The translations under genes and the position numbers were made by a program. A stretch of DNA of 64,000 nucleotides from assembly GCF_006345805.1 (NCBI RefSeq), contig NC_042999.1, forward strand, positions 72,478,001 to 72,542,000. The letters are read 5' to 3'. Positions 26,101-40,255 of this stretch are shown here, in pieces. A model generated the notes under the pieces. It was not told the DNA's origin. It was given only the letters and a program-made list of their open reading frames with translations, and did not search any database. Position 1 is the first letter of the stretch, and every line of letters begins with the position of its first letter. The stretch is from Octopus sinensis. Its lineage: Eukaryota.

Positions 26101-28431
26101 GACAGCTAATGCTATTCCTATCTCGTTCTTTAACAAATACCCTATCTATAACGATCTGCGTGAGCCGTCATTGTTACTCCACGTCCACTGTGGAATGCTC
26201 GGCTCATCCATTCGAAACCGATCTACTAGATTAAAGCTCGTCAGTAGACCCTTAAGGCAAGGATTCCCCCTTCTATCAGACGAGCCCACACTATCTATCC
26301 GCGCATCGATGATAGTGTTGAAATCCCCTACCAATACTACCGTTTTAGACGTCACTAGAAAGTGCTCCAAGTTCCGATAAAAACCAGTCTGCCTACCCTC
26401 ATTAGGAGCATAAACAGCTACCAACCTGAAGGACTGCTTACTTACGTGAGTTACATCGAGGACAACCAGCCTACCTTCTGGGTCCATAAAGACAGTACTT
26501 ACCTGTAAGTCCAAGTTCTTCCTGATAAGGACTGCCACGCCTGCACTTCCTCCTCGGCTAGGAGAAATAAATTTCTCGTAACCATTGAGAAGATGCGAGA
26601 ACGCTTGGGTTCCTCTCATCTTGGACTCGGTGACAATGGCTACATCTATTCTGTGTGTCCTGAGGTCGTCCAGCAAGCAAGCCTGTTTCCATTTCGACCC
26701 CATTCCACGCACATTTATACAGCCCAACTTAATCATCGATGAATGAAGAAAGTTTGTTACTTACGGTTGTGAGAGGGAGCATGGCAGCTTTTGTCTGCCT
26801 GCTTCCCCCACACTCTCCGTTGTTGCTGGGCATTTAACCGGCGTTGCCACCGGGCTCTGGGATGGAGTGGCTGCCGGGCTAATATTCAATTTTCCAGCTA
26901 TCACCTCTTGTGTGACATCTTTAATCAGGTTGTCCCTCACGTGTAGTTGGAAGAGTCTCTCCTTCCATTCCTCCTCTCCAACCTTCGCATACCTCCAATC
27001 CGGGTTTTTTTCCGATGATTTGAAACATTTTATGTTTGGTTTCGCCTTTATGTACCAAACTACTCTCTCGTGAATTGTTTTTTAAAGTTGGGGACTGGGT
27101 TTTTGAAATGCTGGCTAAAATGCTGCCTACAAAAGTAGTGCCAGCGGGGTGGGATTGGATAATTTTTTTGTGTTGTTCTGCGTTTGTTTTTCTTTTTGTT
27201 GGGGTGGGGAGTCGGGGTATTGGTTGGATTTCTTCCTTTTGTTGGTTACAGTCGTATATTCCATTACTTCCAGTTCTTTTCCATTTGATAAAATATTTTC
27301 CACCTCGTTTTCGTTTTCGCTTTGTTTTCCATTCATTTTCTTTTCCTCTTTTGACTTTCATTTTGCTTTTTCCGGGTATTCTCTTTTGTTGTTGCTGTGA
27401 TGTCTGCTTTGTTCTCCACAGCGGTTTGAATGGGGGCATTAACGGGTTTTTTCTTTTTGCACTCTGAGCGGACGTGACCCTTCTGCCCACATTTGAAACA
27501 TCTGGGCCTACGTCCCTCCACCGATACCCGCGCAGTGTGTCCATCCCCCACGAAGACCCTGTCTGGCAAACTCTCCAGCGTTGCATTGTCAGCTTGAACG
27601 ATCATTTCAAGCTGCTGACCTTTCCAAAATTTTGCCTCTTTCATCCTCATGTTTAAAATGTTTAATTTCTCTTCTACGTCGAATACGACCGCTGTTGCTG
27701 CCCACATTACATCGTAACCTGTTGGTATATCCTCTATTGTTATCTTAGCTGTTCTGCGCCCTAAGTACGTGGGCAGCAACAGGATGTCTGCACTCTTCAA
27801 CGTTTGAGTTGAAATTTCCTTCGCTATGCTAGCCGACTCGAAATGCGCTTCAATAGTAGCGCTTCTCACTCCTCGGCCAACATAGCGAACCTTGTTCCAA
27901 ATTGGTGCCATGCACCGTTCTACCAATTCATTTCTTACATCTGCAATCTTTTTTTCCTTAATATTATATACCTTATAAATTACCGTCTTCTCACGGATTG
28001 CTTGTAAGGTGTCAGGGGGCGGTATTATTCTCGTTTCTTCTCCATTCCTTTGTATGAACTTTCTGAACTTGAAGAGATCCTCCATTGTTACTTCCAGTTC
28101 TATAACATTGCCTCCAACGGCTTCCGAAAAACTTTGTTTCTCCTTTGTATCCTTTTGCTTTATAACTTCTCCCATCTCGGGAAAATCAGAATTTGACGTT
28201 AAGTCAAGATCCATAATAAAATGCAAGTGACTTGTCACAAGAGACAAGATAAAAATCAAATCCACACTGAATTAAAGTTCATATATAAAAAGAAATTTTC
28301 TACCCCGAAGGGCGAAAATTACTTTGTTTCACAAGTTAATACTCCAAAAATTGTACGTGTAAATCCAGAACAGAACGAACTAACATAACAGCTTACAGCG
28401 TAAAATAATCCGACGTAATCCAAGGAAAAAT
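23109..28431 (-). mobile_element. Tx1/L1-clade LINE copy 1 (ORF1 ~26761-28214, ORF2 ~23344-26736, both frameshifted)
   Basis: APE, RT and C-terminal zinc-finger fragments in the ORF track; bounded by 17-bp repeats at 23092-23108 and 28432-28448. Confidence 0.95.
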
Positions 28432-28808
28432 CAGTAGGTGTCGCTTCCGACAATCTCTGTTCGATGGTTTTATTTACCTAGTTCGGTGGAATACATCCAC
28501 TTGTTTTCAATAATAGAAATATTAAAAAACTAAGTCTCTCTAAAAGAGAACAGCGGCAGCGTTCCCGGAAAATAATAGTTATCGCCATACTAATATGGCA
28601 TTCTTATAAAAATAAGAAAAAAGCTGTCCGCTCATTAGCTCCATGAGGCCATCGCCTTAAGTAAGCTATTTGATACACAAACTGTATCCATATAACCTTC
28701 GAACAAGGGAGGTCAGTCGCTCCACACTACTTGACCGGCAGCTACAGACGCGTTTCGAAGTATTGCCCCTTTTCAATGCAGCGTAGCCAGCCAGTAGGTG
28801 TCGCTTCC
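28432..28808 (-). repeat. Complete hammerhead module between LINE copies 1 and 2 (360-bp period plus second 17-mer)
   Basis: CAGTAGGTGTCGCTTCC at 28432-28448 and 28792-28808. Confidence 0.9.
28741..28782 (-). ncRNA. Type I hammerhead ribozyme, array copy 2
   Basis: Same fold; stem II GGGG/CTTC with an extra G-U wobble. Confidence 0.8.
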
Positions 28809-31800
28809 TAAATCTTTATTATGATTATAAAAATCTTACAGAGATAGTACATTACAATACAAAACATAATTACAAAAAGTTTACGTTGTTCGTTTGATAT
28901 TTACATATGTTGATTATTGATTATGATACTAGACTTTACTTTTCTCCTTTTTTTTTTAAATTAAAAATGATTTTGGCCAGCTAGGTATATCACAGTCAGG
29001 ATTCTTACCCGACAGCCTAAGAGCCCAGAGACTATTTTCTCCCTTCATGATGACCAAGCAGGGTTACTCACACCCACCTTTTTTATCACATCCTTCCATC
29101 GATTCACATACTTTTTCTGTGTCAGGTTCCTCTTCTCTAAATCCATCTTGCTCTTTAGATGGTATCTGAAGTATTTTAACATACCATATCCAGAGACAAA
29201 GGACTGACACCAAACCTTCCAATCTAGTTCTCCACACACACTCTTTCAGTACTGCCACCGTACAGTGAAAACAAGCCTCACCTTCCTTTGAGAGTCCAGC
29301 TGGCGGTATCATCTTTTATAGAACCAGCCGATAGCTGTACTCGTCCCAGATGCGAACACGTGTTCTACGTAACTTATTAAGCCTGACAGCTCCTGACAAT
29401 GTACAAAAGCGTGCTGGACGGTTTCATCGTCCAACCCACATCTTGGACATGTCGGTGGCACTGACATTCCATGCCTATATAACTTATCGCGAACAGGTAG
29501 AGCATTCCTATAGCACTGCCAAGTCAGGGATTTTTGGTAATTGTCCAAATACCCCGGCTTGAAAGTCTTCTTAAACAGGTCGGATAGTTGATCCTCATCG
29601 AACCCCAGAGCCCCTCTTAGGACGTCGTCATTTTTTGCCTCTACCATCCTTCTATAAAATGTCGAGGTGGTATTCCCGCAGCCGGCTTTGCCTATCTTGT
29701 GGATCAGCCAGAGTGCCTGTCGGCACTCTTTCTGCCATAAAGTCAGGTTCCGTCTTTTAATGAAACCGGGTTTAAATCTCTCCATAGAGTCCGGTTGCGG
29801 GAAGAAATTATCTGCCAGCGGACTCCACACCTTATCACCTTCCAGGTGAAACCAGAGATGTCTCAGTCTCAGCGCATGCCTGCGCATCATTAACCAAGGC
29901 ATCCCCAGCCCACCCTTTAGTGGTTCCTGGCAACACACGGAGCGCCTTACAAGTGGCTTTCCTCCCTTCCACAAAAAGCGGAAAAGGAGTCGATCCAACT
30001 TGCTTAGCCACAAATCGGGGCAAGGCACGACAGTCAGGCGATAGGTGATTACAGATGCTATAACACCTGTACCACCTCCGCCCTCCCTTTCAAGGAAAGA
30101 TGCCTTCCGGACCACTCCCAAACTATGGCTTCTACCTTGGTCACTACCTCGCTCCAATTTTTCTCCGTCTGGGAGTCTGAACCAAACCAAACTCCAAGCA
30201 ATTTAACAGGACCATCTGTCCAGTGTCCAACAACACTGGACGATATCGGCTTGTTCCTCCAGGTGCCGAGGCGCAAACCAGTGGACTTGTCCTTGTTAAC
30301 TTTTGCCCCAGCCACCGCTTCGTATCTTCGGAGAGCACCTTCTACACGAGTTAGTTGTGCTTCGTTGGACACGATGAAGGTGACGTCATCCGCATACGCA
30401 GAAACAGACTTACCGCATCCGATTTCATTAGGATTGCATCTCACCGTCTCCAACTTCCGCAGCAATGGCTCAAGAGCCAAAACGTACAGGAGAGGGGACA
30501 AGGGACATCCTTGACGAACTGAACGCTTAATCGAAAACGGTTCCGTTAAGTAACCGTTTATCTGGACTGTGGACTTGATACCGCTGTACATAGCTGATAT
30601 CCACCCGCGAAAGTCAGGACCTAGCCCAGCCGCTTCGAGAACCGTCGCCAGGTACTGATGATCTACCCTATCAAATGCTTTACTTTGGTCTAAATGGACC
30701 AATGCCCCTCCTTTGCCGGCTAATTGCCCAACCCTGTCTATAGTGTAGCGTAGAAGGTGAAGATTATCTTCGATCGACCTGCCTGGGATTGCACATGTCT
30801 GTGCCTTTCCGACAAGTTTTTCCATGACGACCTTCAACCTTTCTGCTAACACCTTGGCCAAAATCTTTAACTCTACATTAAGTAGAGTTATGGGCCTATA
30901 ATTACTAATATTATCCCCCTTGCTCGGGTCTTTCTGGATCAGCGTCACAACTCCCCGGCTCACAGAACTGGGAATCCTCCCATTCTGTTGCCAGTTTGCG
31001 TAGACGCTTGCCAGTATGTCCCCGAACAAGTCCGGCATACAACAATAAAACTCATAGGGCAGACCATCCAGTCCCGGCGACTTTTCCCGGGCGCATTCAG
31101 CCAAAACCCCTCTTACCTCCGCGGGAGTAATCGGTCCTTCACAGCGTTCCGCTCTGCTTGGCGAGAGCCGAGGCCCACCAGCTAGGAAGTTCTGTAAGTC
31201 CTCCCCTCGCTCGAGTGGATCGCCCTCCCCAAACAACCGAGCGAAATGCTGTTGAAAGACCTTCTGTATCTCCTCCTGTCCATAGATTTTGCGTCCCTGT
31301 TCGTCAGTTAAAGACTTAATAGAGGACTTTTTGCCCTTCTGACTCTCCACACGACGTGCCCATCCGGCAACATTAATACCTTCTCGTTTCACTGCACGTA
31401 GCTTAGCTCTGACTCTACATCCTTCATGCTTGGCATTGAGGTGACGGTACAAGATCGTTCTCTCTGCTAACACTCTAGATGCACAGCCAGATCCCATTGC
31501 CTCGTCTAAGTTCTTAACTAAATCGCCCTCTATTCTAGTCCTATCTAAACTTAGCTGGTTGCTAAATCTAATGGACTCCAAACGGATGGCTCTTTTGAGG
31601 GCGATCCACCATCTATTATTAATGATGGTTCCACATAATGCCCTCTGGACTAATTCCATAATCCGGTTACGGAAAGCTTCACAAGCCAAAATAGACTTGT
31701 TCATTTTCCAGTATCCGGGTCCCTGTCTATGGCATTTATCTACATGTACCTCACACGTCACTAATTTGTGATCCGTGTAAGGCACAATACAAAATTGTGG

Positions 31801-34153
31801 ACAGCTAATGCTATTCCTATCTCGTTCTTTAACAAATACCCTATCTATATACGATCTGCGTGAGCCGTCATTGTTACTCCACGTCCACTGTGGAATGCTC
31901 GGCTCATCCATTCGAAACCGATCTACTAGATTAAAGCTCGTCAGTAGACCCTTAAGGCAAGGATTCCCCCTTCTATCAGACGAGCCCACACTATCTATCC
32001 GCGCATCGATGATAGTGTTGAAATCCCCTACCAATACTACCGTTTTAGACGTCACTAGAAAGTGCTCCAAGTTCCGATAAAAACCAGTCTGCCTACCCTC
32101 ATTAGGAGCATAAACAGCTACCAACCTGAAGGACTGCTTACTTACGTGAGTTACATCGAGGACAACCAGCCTACCTTCTGGGTCCATAAAGACAGTACTT
32201 ACCTGTAAGTCCAAGTTCTTCCTGATAAGGACTGCCACGCCTGCACTTCCTCCTCGGCTAGGAGAAATAAATTTCTCGTAACCATTGAGAAGATGCGAGA
32301 ACGCTTGGGTTCCTCTCATCTTGGACTCGGTGACAATGGCTACATCTATTCTGTGTGTCCTGAGGTCGTCCAGCAAGCAAGCCTGTTTCCATTTCGACCC
32401 CATTCCACGCACATTTATACAGCCAAATTAATCATCGATGAATGAAGAAAGTTTGTTACTTACGGTTGTGAGAGGGAGCATGGCAGCTTTTGTCTGCCTG
32501 CCTCCCCCACACTCTCCGTTGTTGCTGGGCATTTAACCGGCGTTGCCACCGGGCTCTGGGATGGAGTGGCTGCCGGGCTAATATTCAATTTTCCAGCTAT
32601 CACCTCTTGTGTGACATCTTTAATCAGGTTGTCCCTCACGTGTAGTTGGAAGAGTCTCTCCTTCCATTCCTCCTCTCCGACCTTCGCATACCTCCAATCC
32701 GGGTTTTTTTCCGATGATCTGAAACATTTTATGTTTGGTTTCGCCTTTATGTACCAAACTACTCTCTCGTTTTTTGTGTTATAAGCAATGCACCTATCGG
32801 TTTTTTTGAATCCTTTTAAAGTTGGGGGCTGGGGTTTAATGAAATGCTGGCCTACAAAAGTAGTGCCAGCGGGGTGGGATTGGATAATTTTTTTGTGTTG
32901 TTCTGCGTTTGTTTTTCTTTTTGTTTGGGGTGGGGAGTCCGGGGTATTGGATTTCTTCCTTTTGTTGGTTACAGTTGTATATTCCATTACTTCCAGTTCT
33001 TTTCCATTTGATAAAATATTTTCCACCTCGTTTTCGTTTTCGCTTTGTTTTCCATTCATTTTCTTTTCCTCCTTTTGACTTTCATTTTGCTTTTTCCGGG
33101 TATTCTCTTTTGTTGTTGCTGTGATGTCTGCTTTGTTCTCCACAGCGGTTTGAATGGGGGCATTAACGGGTTTTTTCTTTTTGCACTCTGAGCGGACGTG
33201 ACCCTTCTGCCCACATTTGAAACATCTGGGCCTACGTCCCTCCACCGATACCCGCGCAGTGTGTCCATCCCCCACGAAGACCCTGTCTGGCAAACTCTCC
33301 AGCGTTGCATTGTCAGCTTGAACGATCATTTCAAGCTGCTGACCTTTCCAAAATTTTGCCTCTTTCATCCTCATGTTTAAAATGTTAATTTCTCTTCTAC
33401 GTCGAATACGACCGCTGTTGCTGCCCACATTACATCGTAACCTGTTGGTATATCCTCTATTGTTATCTTAGCTGTTCTGCGCCCTAAGTACGTGGGCAGC
33501 AACAGGATGTCTGCACTCTTCAACGTTTGAGTTGAAATTTCCTTCGCTATGCTAGCCGACTCGAAATGCGCTTCAATAGTAGCGCTTCTCACTCCTCGGC
33601 CAACATAGCGAACCTTGTTCCAAATTGGTGCCATGCACCGTTCTACCAATTCATTTCTTACATCTGCAATCTTTTTTTCCTTAATATTATATACCTTATA
33701 AATTACCGTCTTCTCACGGATTGCTTGTAAGGTGTCAGGGGGCGGTATTATTCTCGTTTCTTCTCCATTCCTTTGTATGAACTTTCTGAACTTGAAGAGA
33801 TCCTCCATTGTTACTTCCAGTTCTATAACATTGCCTCCAACGGCTTCCGAAAAACTTTGTTTCTCCTTTGTATCCTTTTGCTTTATAACTTCTCCCATCT
33901 CGGGAAAATCAGAATTTGACGTTAAGTCAAGATCCATAATAAAATGCAAGTGACTTGTCACAAGAGACAAGATAAAAATTAAATCCACACTGAATTAAAG
34001 TTCATATATAAAAAGAATTTTCTACCCCGAAGGGCGAAAATTACTTTGTTTCACAAGTTAATACTCCAAAAATTGTACGTGTAAATCCAGAACAGAACGA
34101 ACTAACATAACAGCTTACAGCGTAAAATAATCCGACGTAATCCAAGGAAAAAT
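28809..34153 (-). mobile_element. Tx1/L1-clade LINE copy 2 (ORF1 ~32460-33937, ORF2 ~29045-32435)
   Basis: Contains the longest open ORF2 stretch (30058-32412, 784 aa, APE through RT YADD). Confidence 0.95.
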
Positions 34154-34464
34154 CAGTAGGTGTCGCTTCCGACAATCTCTGTTCGATGGTTTTATTTACC
34201 TAGTTTCGGTGGAATACATCCACTTGTTTTCAATAATAGAAATATTAAAATAACTAAGTCTCTCTAAAAGAGAACAGCGGCAGCGTTCCCGGAAAATAAT
34301 AGTTATCGCCATACTAATATGGCATTCTTATAAAAATAAGAAAAAAGCTGTCCGCTTATTAGCTCCATGAGGCCATCGCCTTAAGTTAGCTATTTGATAC
34401 ACAAACTGTATCCATATAACCTTCGAACAAGGGAGGTCAGTCGCTCCACACTACTTGACCGGCA

Positions 34465-34506
34465 GCTACAGACGCGTTTCGGAGTATTGCCCCTTTTCAA
34501 TGCAGC
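34465..34506 (-). ncRNA. Type I hammerhead ribozyme, array copy 3 (consensus)
   Basis: Minus strand reads GCTGCA TTGAAAA GGGG CAATA CTCC GAAA CGCG TC TGTAGC; it lies inside module 34154-34532. Confidence 0.82.
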
Positions 34507-34532
34507 GTAGCCAGCCAGTAGGTGTCGCTTCC

Positions 34533-37500
34533 TAAATCTTATTATGATTATAAAAATCTACAGAGATAGTACATTACAATACAAAACATAATTACAAAAA
34601 GTTTACGTTGTTCGTTTGATATTTACATATGTTGATATTGATTATGATACTAGACTTTACTTTTCTCCTTTTTAAATTAAAAATGATTTTGGCCAGCTAG
34701 GTATATCACAGTCAGGATTCTTACCGACAGCCTAAGAGCCCAGAGACTATTTTCTCCCTTCATGATGACCAAGCAGGGTTACTCACACCCACCTTTTTTA
34801 TCACATCCTTCCATCGATTCACATACTTTTTCTGTGTCAGGTTCCTCTTCTCTAAATCCATCTTGCTCTTTAGATGGTATCTGAAGTATTTTAACATACC
34901 ATATCCAGAGACAAAGGTTCCTGACACCAAACCTTCCAATCTAGTTCTCCACACACACTCTTTCAGTACTGCCACCGTACAGTGAAAACAAGCCTCACCT
35001 TCCTTGAGAGTCCAGCTGGCGGTATCATCTTTATTATAGAACCAGCCGATAGCTGTACTCGTCCCAGATGCGACAACACGTGTTCTACGTAACTTATTAA
35101 GCCTGACAGCTCCTGACAATGTACAAAAGCGTGCTGGACGGTTTCATCGTCCAACCCACATCTTGGACATGTCGGTGGCACTGACATTCCATGCCTATAT
35201 AACTTATCGCGAACAGGTAGAGCATTCCTATAGCACTGCCAAGTCAGGGATTTTTGGTAATTGTCCAAATACCCCGGCTTGAAAGTCTTCTTAAACAGGT
35301 CGGATAGTTGATCCTCATCGAACCCCAGAGCCCCTCTTAGGACGTCGTCATTTTTTGCCTCTACCATCCTTCTATAAAATGTCGAGGTGGTATTCCCGCA
35401 GCCGGCTTTGCCTATCTTGTGGATCAGCCAGAGTGCCTGTCGGCACTCTTTCTGCCATAAAGTCAGGTTCCGTCTTTTAATGAAACCGGGTTTAAATCTC
35501 TCCATAGAGTCCGGTTGCGGGAAGAAGAAATTATCTGCCAGCGGACTCCACACCTTATCACCTTCCAGGTGAAACCAGAGATGTCTCAGTCTCAGCGCAT
35601 GCCTGCGCATCATTAACCAAGGCATCCCCAGCCCACCCTTTAGTGGTTCCTGGCAACACACGGAGCGCCTTACAAGTGGCTTTCCTCCCTTCCACAAAAA
35701 GCGGAAAAGGAGTCGATCCAACTTGCTTAGCCACAAATCGGGGCAAGGCACGACAGTCAGGCGATAGGTGATTACAGATGCTATAAACACCTGTACCACC
35801 TCCGCCCTCCCTTTCAAGGAAAGATGCCTTCCGGACCACTCCCGAACTATGGCTTCTACCTTGGTCACTACCTCGCTCCAATTTTTCTCCGTCTGGGAGT
35901 CTGAACCAAACCAAACTCCAAGCAATTTAACAGGACCATCTGTCCAGTGTCCAACAACACTGGACGATATCGGCTTGTTCCTCCAGGTGCCGAGGCGCAA
36001 ACCAGTGGACTTGTCCTTGTTAACTTTTGCCCCAGCCACCGCTTCGTATCTTCGGAGAGCACTTCTACACGAGTTAGTTGTGCTTCGTTGGACACGATGA
36101 AGGTGACGTCATCCGCATACGCAGAAACAGACTTACCGCATCCGATTTCATTAGGATTGCATCTCACCGTCTCCAACTTCCGCAGCAATGGCTCAAGAGC
36201 CAAAACGTACAGGAGAGGGGACAAGGGACATCCTTGACGAACTGAACGCTTAATCGAAAACGGTTCCGTTAAGTAACCGTTTATCTGGACTGTGGACTTG
36301 ATACCGCTGTACATAGCTGATATCCACCCGCGAAAGTCAGGACCTAGCCCAGCCGCTTCGAGAACCGTCGCCAGGTACTGATGATCTACCCTATCAAATG
36401 CTTTACTTTGGTCTAAATGGACCAATGCCCCTCCTTTGCCGGCTAATTGCCCAACCTGTCTATAGTGTAGCGTAGAAGGTGAAGATTATCTTCGATCGAC
36501 CTGCCTGGGATTGCACATGTCTGTGCCTTTCCGACAAGTTTTTCCATGACGACCTTCAACCTTTCTGCTAACACCTTGGCCAAAATCTTTAACTCTACAT
36601 TAAGTAGAGTTATGGGCCTATAATTACTAATATTATCCCCCTTTCTCGGGTCTTTCTGGATCAGCGTCACAACTCCCCGGCTCACAGAACTGGGAATCCT
36701 CCATTCTGTTGCCAGTTTGCGTAGACGCTTGCCAGTATGTCCCCGAACAAGTCCGGCATACAACAATAAAACTCATAGGGCAGACCATCCAGTCCCGGCG
36801 ACTTTTCCCGGGCGCATTCAGCCAAAACCCCTCTTACCTCCGCGGGAGTAATCGGTCCTTCACAGCGTTCCGCTCTGCTTGGCGTGAGCCGAGGCCCACC
36901 AGCTAGGAAGTTCTGTAAGTCCTCCCCTCGCTCGAGTGGATCGCCCTCCCCAAACAACCGAGCGAAATGCTGTTGAAAGACCTTCTGTATCTCCTCCTGT
37001 CCATAGATTTTGCGTCCCTGTTCGTCAGTTAAAGACTTAATAGAGGACTTTTTGCCCTTCTGACTCTCCACACGACGTGCCCATCCGGCAACATTAATAC
37101 CTTCTCGTTTCACTGCACGTAGCTTAGCTCTGACTCTACATCCTTCATGCTTGGCATTGAGGTGACGGTACAAGATCGTTCTCTCTGCTAACACTCTAGA
37201 TGCACAGCCAGATCCCATTGCCTCGTCTAAGTTCTTAACTAATCGCCCTCTATTCTAGTCCTATCTAAACTTAGCTGGTTGCTAAATCTAATGGACTCCA
37301 AACGGATGGCTCTTTTGAGGGCGATCCACCATCTATTATTAATGATGGTTCCACATAATGCCCTCTGGACTAATTCCATAATCCGGTTACGGAAAGCTTC
37401 ACAAGCCAAAATAGACTTGTTCATTTTCCAGTATCCGGGTCCCTGTCTATGGCATTTATCTACATGTACCTCACACGTCACTAATTTGTGATCCGTGTAA

Positions 37501-39876
37501 GGCACAATACAAAATTGTGGACAGCTAATGCTATTCCTATCTCGTTCTTTAACAAATACCCTATCTATATACGATCTGCGTGAGCCGTCATTGTTACTCC
37601 ACGTCCACTGTGGAATGCTCGGCTCATCCATTCGAAACCGATCTACTAGATTAAAGCTCGTCAGTAGACCCTTAAGGCAAGGATTCCCCCTTCTATCAGA
37701 CGAGCCCACACTATCTATCCGCGCATCGATGATAGTGTTGAAATCCCCTACCAATACTACCGTTTTAGACGTCACTAGAAAGTGCTCCAAGTTCCGATAA
37801 AAACCAGTCTGCCTACCCTCATTAGGAGCATAAACAGCTACCAACCTGAAGGACTGCTTACTTACGTGAGTTACATCGAGGACAACCAGCCTACCTTCTG
37901 GGTCCATAAAGACAGTACTTACCTGTAAGTCCAAGTTCTTCCTGATAAGGACTGCCACGCCTGCACTTCCTCCTCGGCTAGGAGAAATAAATTTCTCGTA
38001 ACCATTGAGAAGATGCGAGAACGCTTGGGTTCCTCTCATCTTGGACTCGGTGACAATGGCTACATCTATTCTGTGTGTCCTGAGGTCGTCCAGCAAGCAA
38101 GCCTGTTTCCATTTCGACCCCATTCCACGCACATTTATACAGCCCAACTTAATCATCGATGAATGAAGAAAGTTTGTTACTTACGGTTGTGAGAGGGAGC
38201 ATGGCAGCTTTTGTCTGCCTGCCTCCCCCACACTCTCCGTTGTTGCTGGGCATTTAACCGGCGTTGCCACCGGGCTCTGGGATGGAGTGGCTGCCGGGCT
38301 AATATTCAATTTTCCAGCTATCACCTCTTGTGTGACATCTTTAATCAGGTTGTCCCTCACGTGTAGTTGGAAGAGTCTCTCCTTCCATTCCTCCTCTCCG
38401 ACCTTCGCATACCTCCAATCCGGGTTTTTTTCCGATGATCTGAAACATTTTATGTTTGGTTTCGCCTTTATGTACCAAACTACTCTCTCGTTTTTTGTGT
38501 TATAAGCAATGCACCTATCGGTTTTTTTGAATCCTTTTAAAGTTGGGGGCTGGGGTTTAATGAAATGCTGGCCTACAAAAGTAGTGCCAGCGGGGTGGGA
38601 TTGGATAATTTTTTTGTGTTGTTCTTCTGCGTTTGTTTTTCTTTTTGTTTGGGGTGGGGAGTCCGGGGTATTGGATTTCTTCCTTTTGTTGGTTACAGTC
38701 GTATATTCCATTACTTCCAGTTCTTTTCCATTTGATAAAATATTTTCCACCTCGTTTTCGTTTTCGCTTTGTTTTCCATTCATTTTCTTTTCCTCCTTTT
38801 GACTTTCATTTTGCTTTTTCCGGGTATTCTCTTTTGTTGTTGCTGTGATGTCTGCTTTGTTCTCCACAGCGGTTTGAATGGGGGCATTAACGGGTTTTTT
38901 CTTTTTGCACTCTGAGCGGACGTGACCCTTCTGCCCACATTTGAAACATCTGGGCCTACGTCCCTCCACCGATACCCGCGCAGTGTGTCCATCCCCCACG
39001 AAGACCCTGTCTGGCAAACTCTCCAGCGTTGCATTGTCAGCTTGAACGATCATTTCAAGCTGCTGACCTTTCCAAAATTTTGCCTCTTTCATCCTCATGT
39101 TAAAATGTTTAATTTCTCTTCTACGTCGAATACGACCGCTGTTGCTGCCCACATTACATCGTAACCTGTTGGTATATCCTCTATTGTTATCTTAGCTGTT
39201 CTGCGCCCTAAGTACGTGGGCAGCAACAGGATGTCTGCACTCTTCAACGTTTGAGTTGAAATTTCCTTCGCTATGCTAGCCGACTCGAAATGCGCTTCAA
39301 TAGTAGCGCTTCTCACTCCTCGGCCAACATAGCGAACCTTGTTCCAAATTGGTGCCATGCACCGTTCTACCAATTCATTTCTTACATCTGCAATCTTTTT
39401 TTCCTTAATATTATATACCTTATAAATTACCGTCTTCTCACGGATTGCTTGTAAGGTGTCAGGGGGCGGTATTATTCTCGTTTCTTCTCCATTCCTTTGT
39501 ATGAACTTTCTGAACTTGAAGAGATCCTCCATTGTTACTTCCAGTTCTATAACATTGCCTCCAACGGCTTCCGAAAAACTTTGTTTCTCCTTTGTATCCT
39601 TTTGCTTTATAACTTCTCCCATCTCGGGAAAATCAGAATTTGACGTTAAGTCAAGATCCATAATAAAATGCAAGTGACTTGTCACAAGAGACAAGATAAA
39701 AATTAAATCCACACTGAATTAAAGTTCATATATAAAGAAAATTTTCTACCCCGAAGGGCGAAAATTACTTGTTTCACAAGTTAATACTCCAAAAATTGTA
39801 CGTGTAAATCCAGAACAGAACGAACTAACATAACAGCTTACAGCGTAAAATAATCCGACGTAATCCAAGGAAAAAT
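34533..39876 (-). mobile_element. Tx1/L1-clade LINE copy 3 (ORF1 ~38181-39661, ORF2 ~34760-38156)
   Basis: Same domains, several single-base indels; 17-bp repeats at 34516-34532 and 39877-39893. Confidence 0.95.
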
Positions 39877-40187
39877 CAGTAGGTGTCGCTTCCGACAATC
39901 TCTGTTCGATGGTTTTATTTACCTAGTTTCGGTGGAATACATCCACTTGTTTTCAATAATAGAAATATTAAAATAACTAAGTCTCTCTAAAAGAGAACAG
40001 CGGCAGCGTTCCCGGAAAATAATAGTTATCGCCATACTAATATGGCATTCTTATAAAAATAAGAAAAAAGCTGTCCGCTTATTAGCTCCATGAGGCCATC
40101 GCCTTAAGTTAGCTATTTGATACACAAACTGTATCCATATAACCTTCGAACAAGGGAGGTCAGTCGCTCCACACTACTTGACCGGCA

Positions 40188-40229
40188 GCTACAGACGCGT
40201 TTCAAAGTATTGCCCCTTTTCAATGCAGC
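40188..40229 (-). ncRNA. Type I hammerhead ribozyme, array copy 4
   Basis: Same fold; stem II GGGG/CTTT, weakened by further G-U pairs; inside module 39877-40255. Confidence 0.7.
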
Positions 40230-40255
40230 GTAGCCAGCCAGTAGGTGTCGCTTCC

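Noticed and set aside
28449-28791. Module as a U2/U1/U5 snRNA, 5S rRNA, tRNA or SL-RNA gene (classic Tx1 targets)
   Set aside because: No recognisable match to those RNAs on either strand from memory; the only clear structured motif is the hammerhead. A formal Rfam search is still needed.
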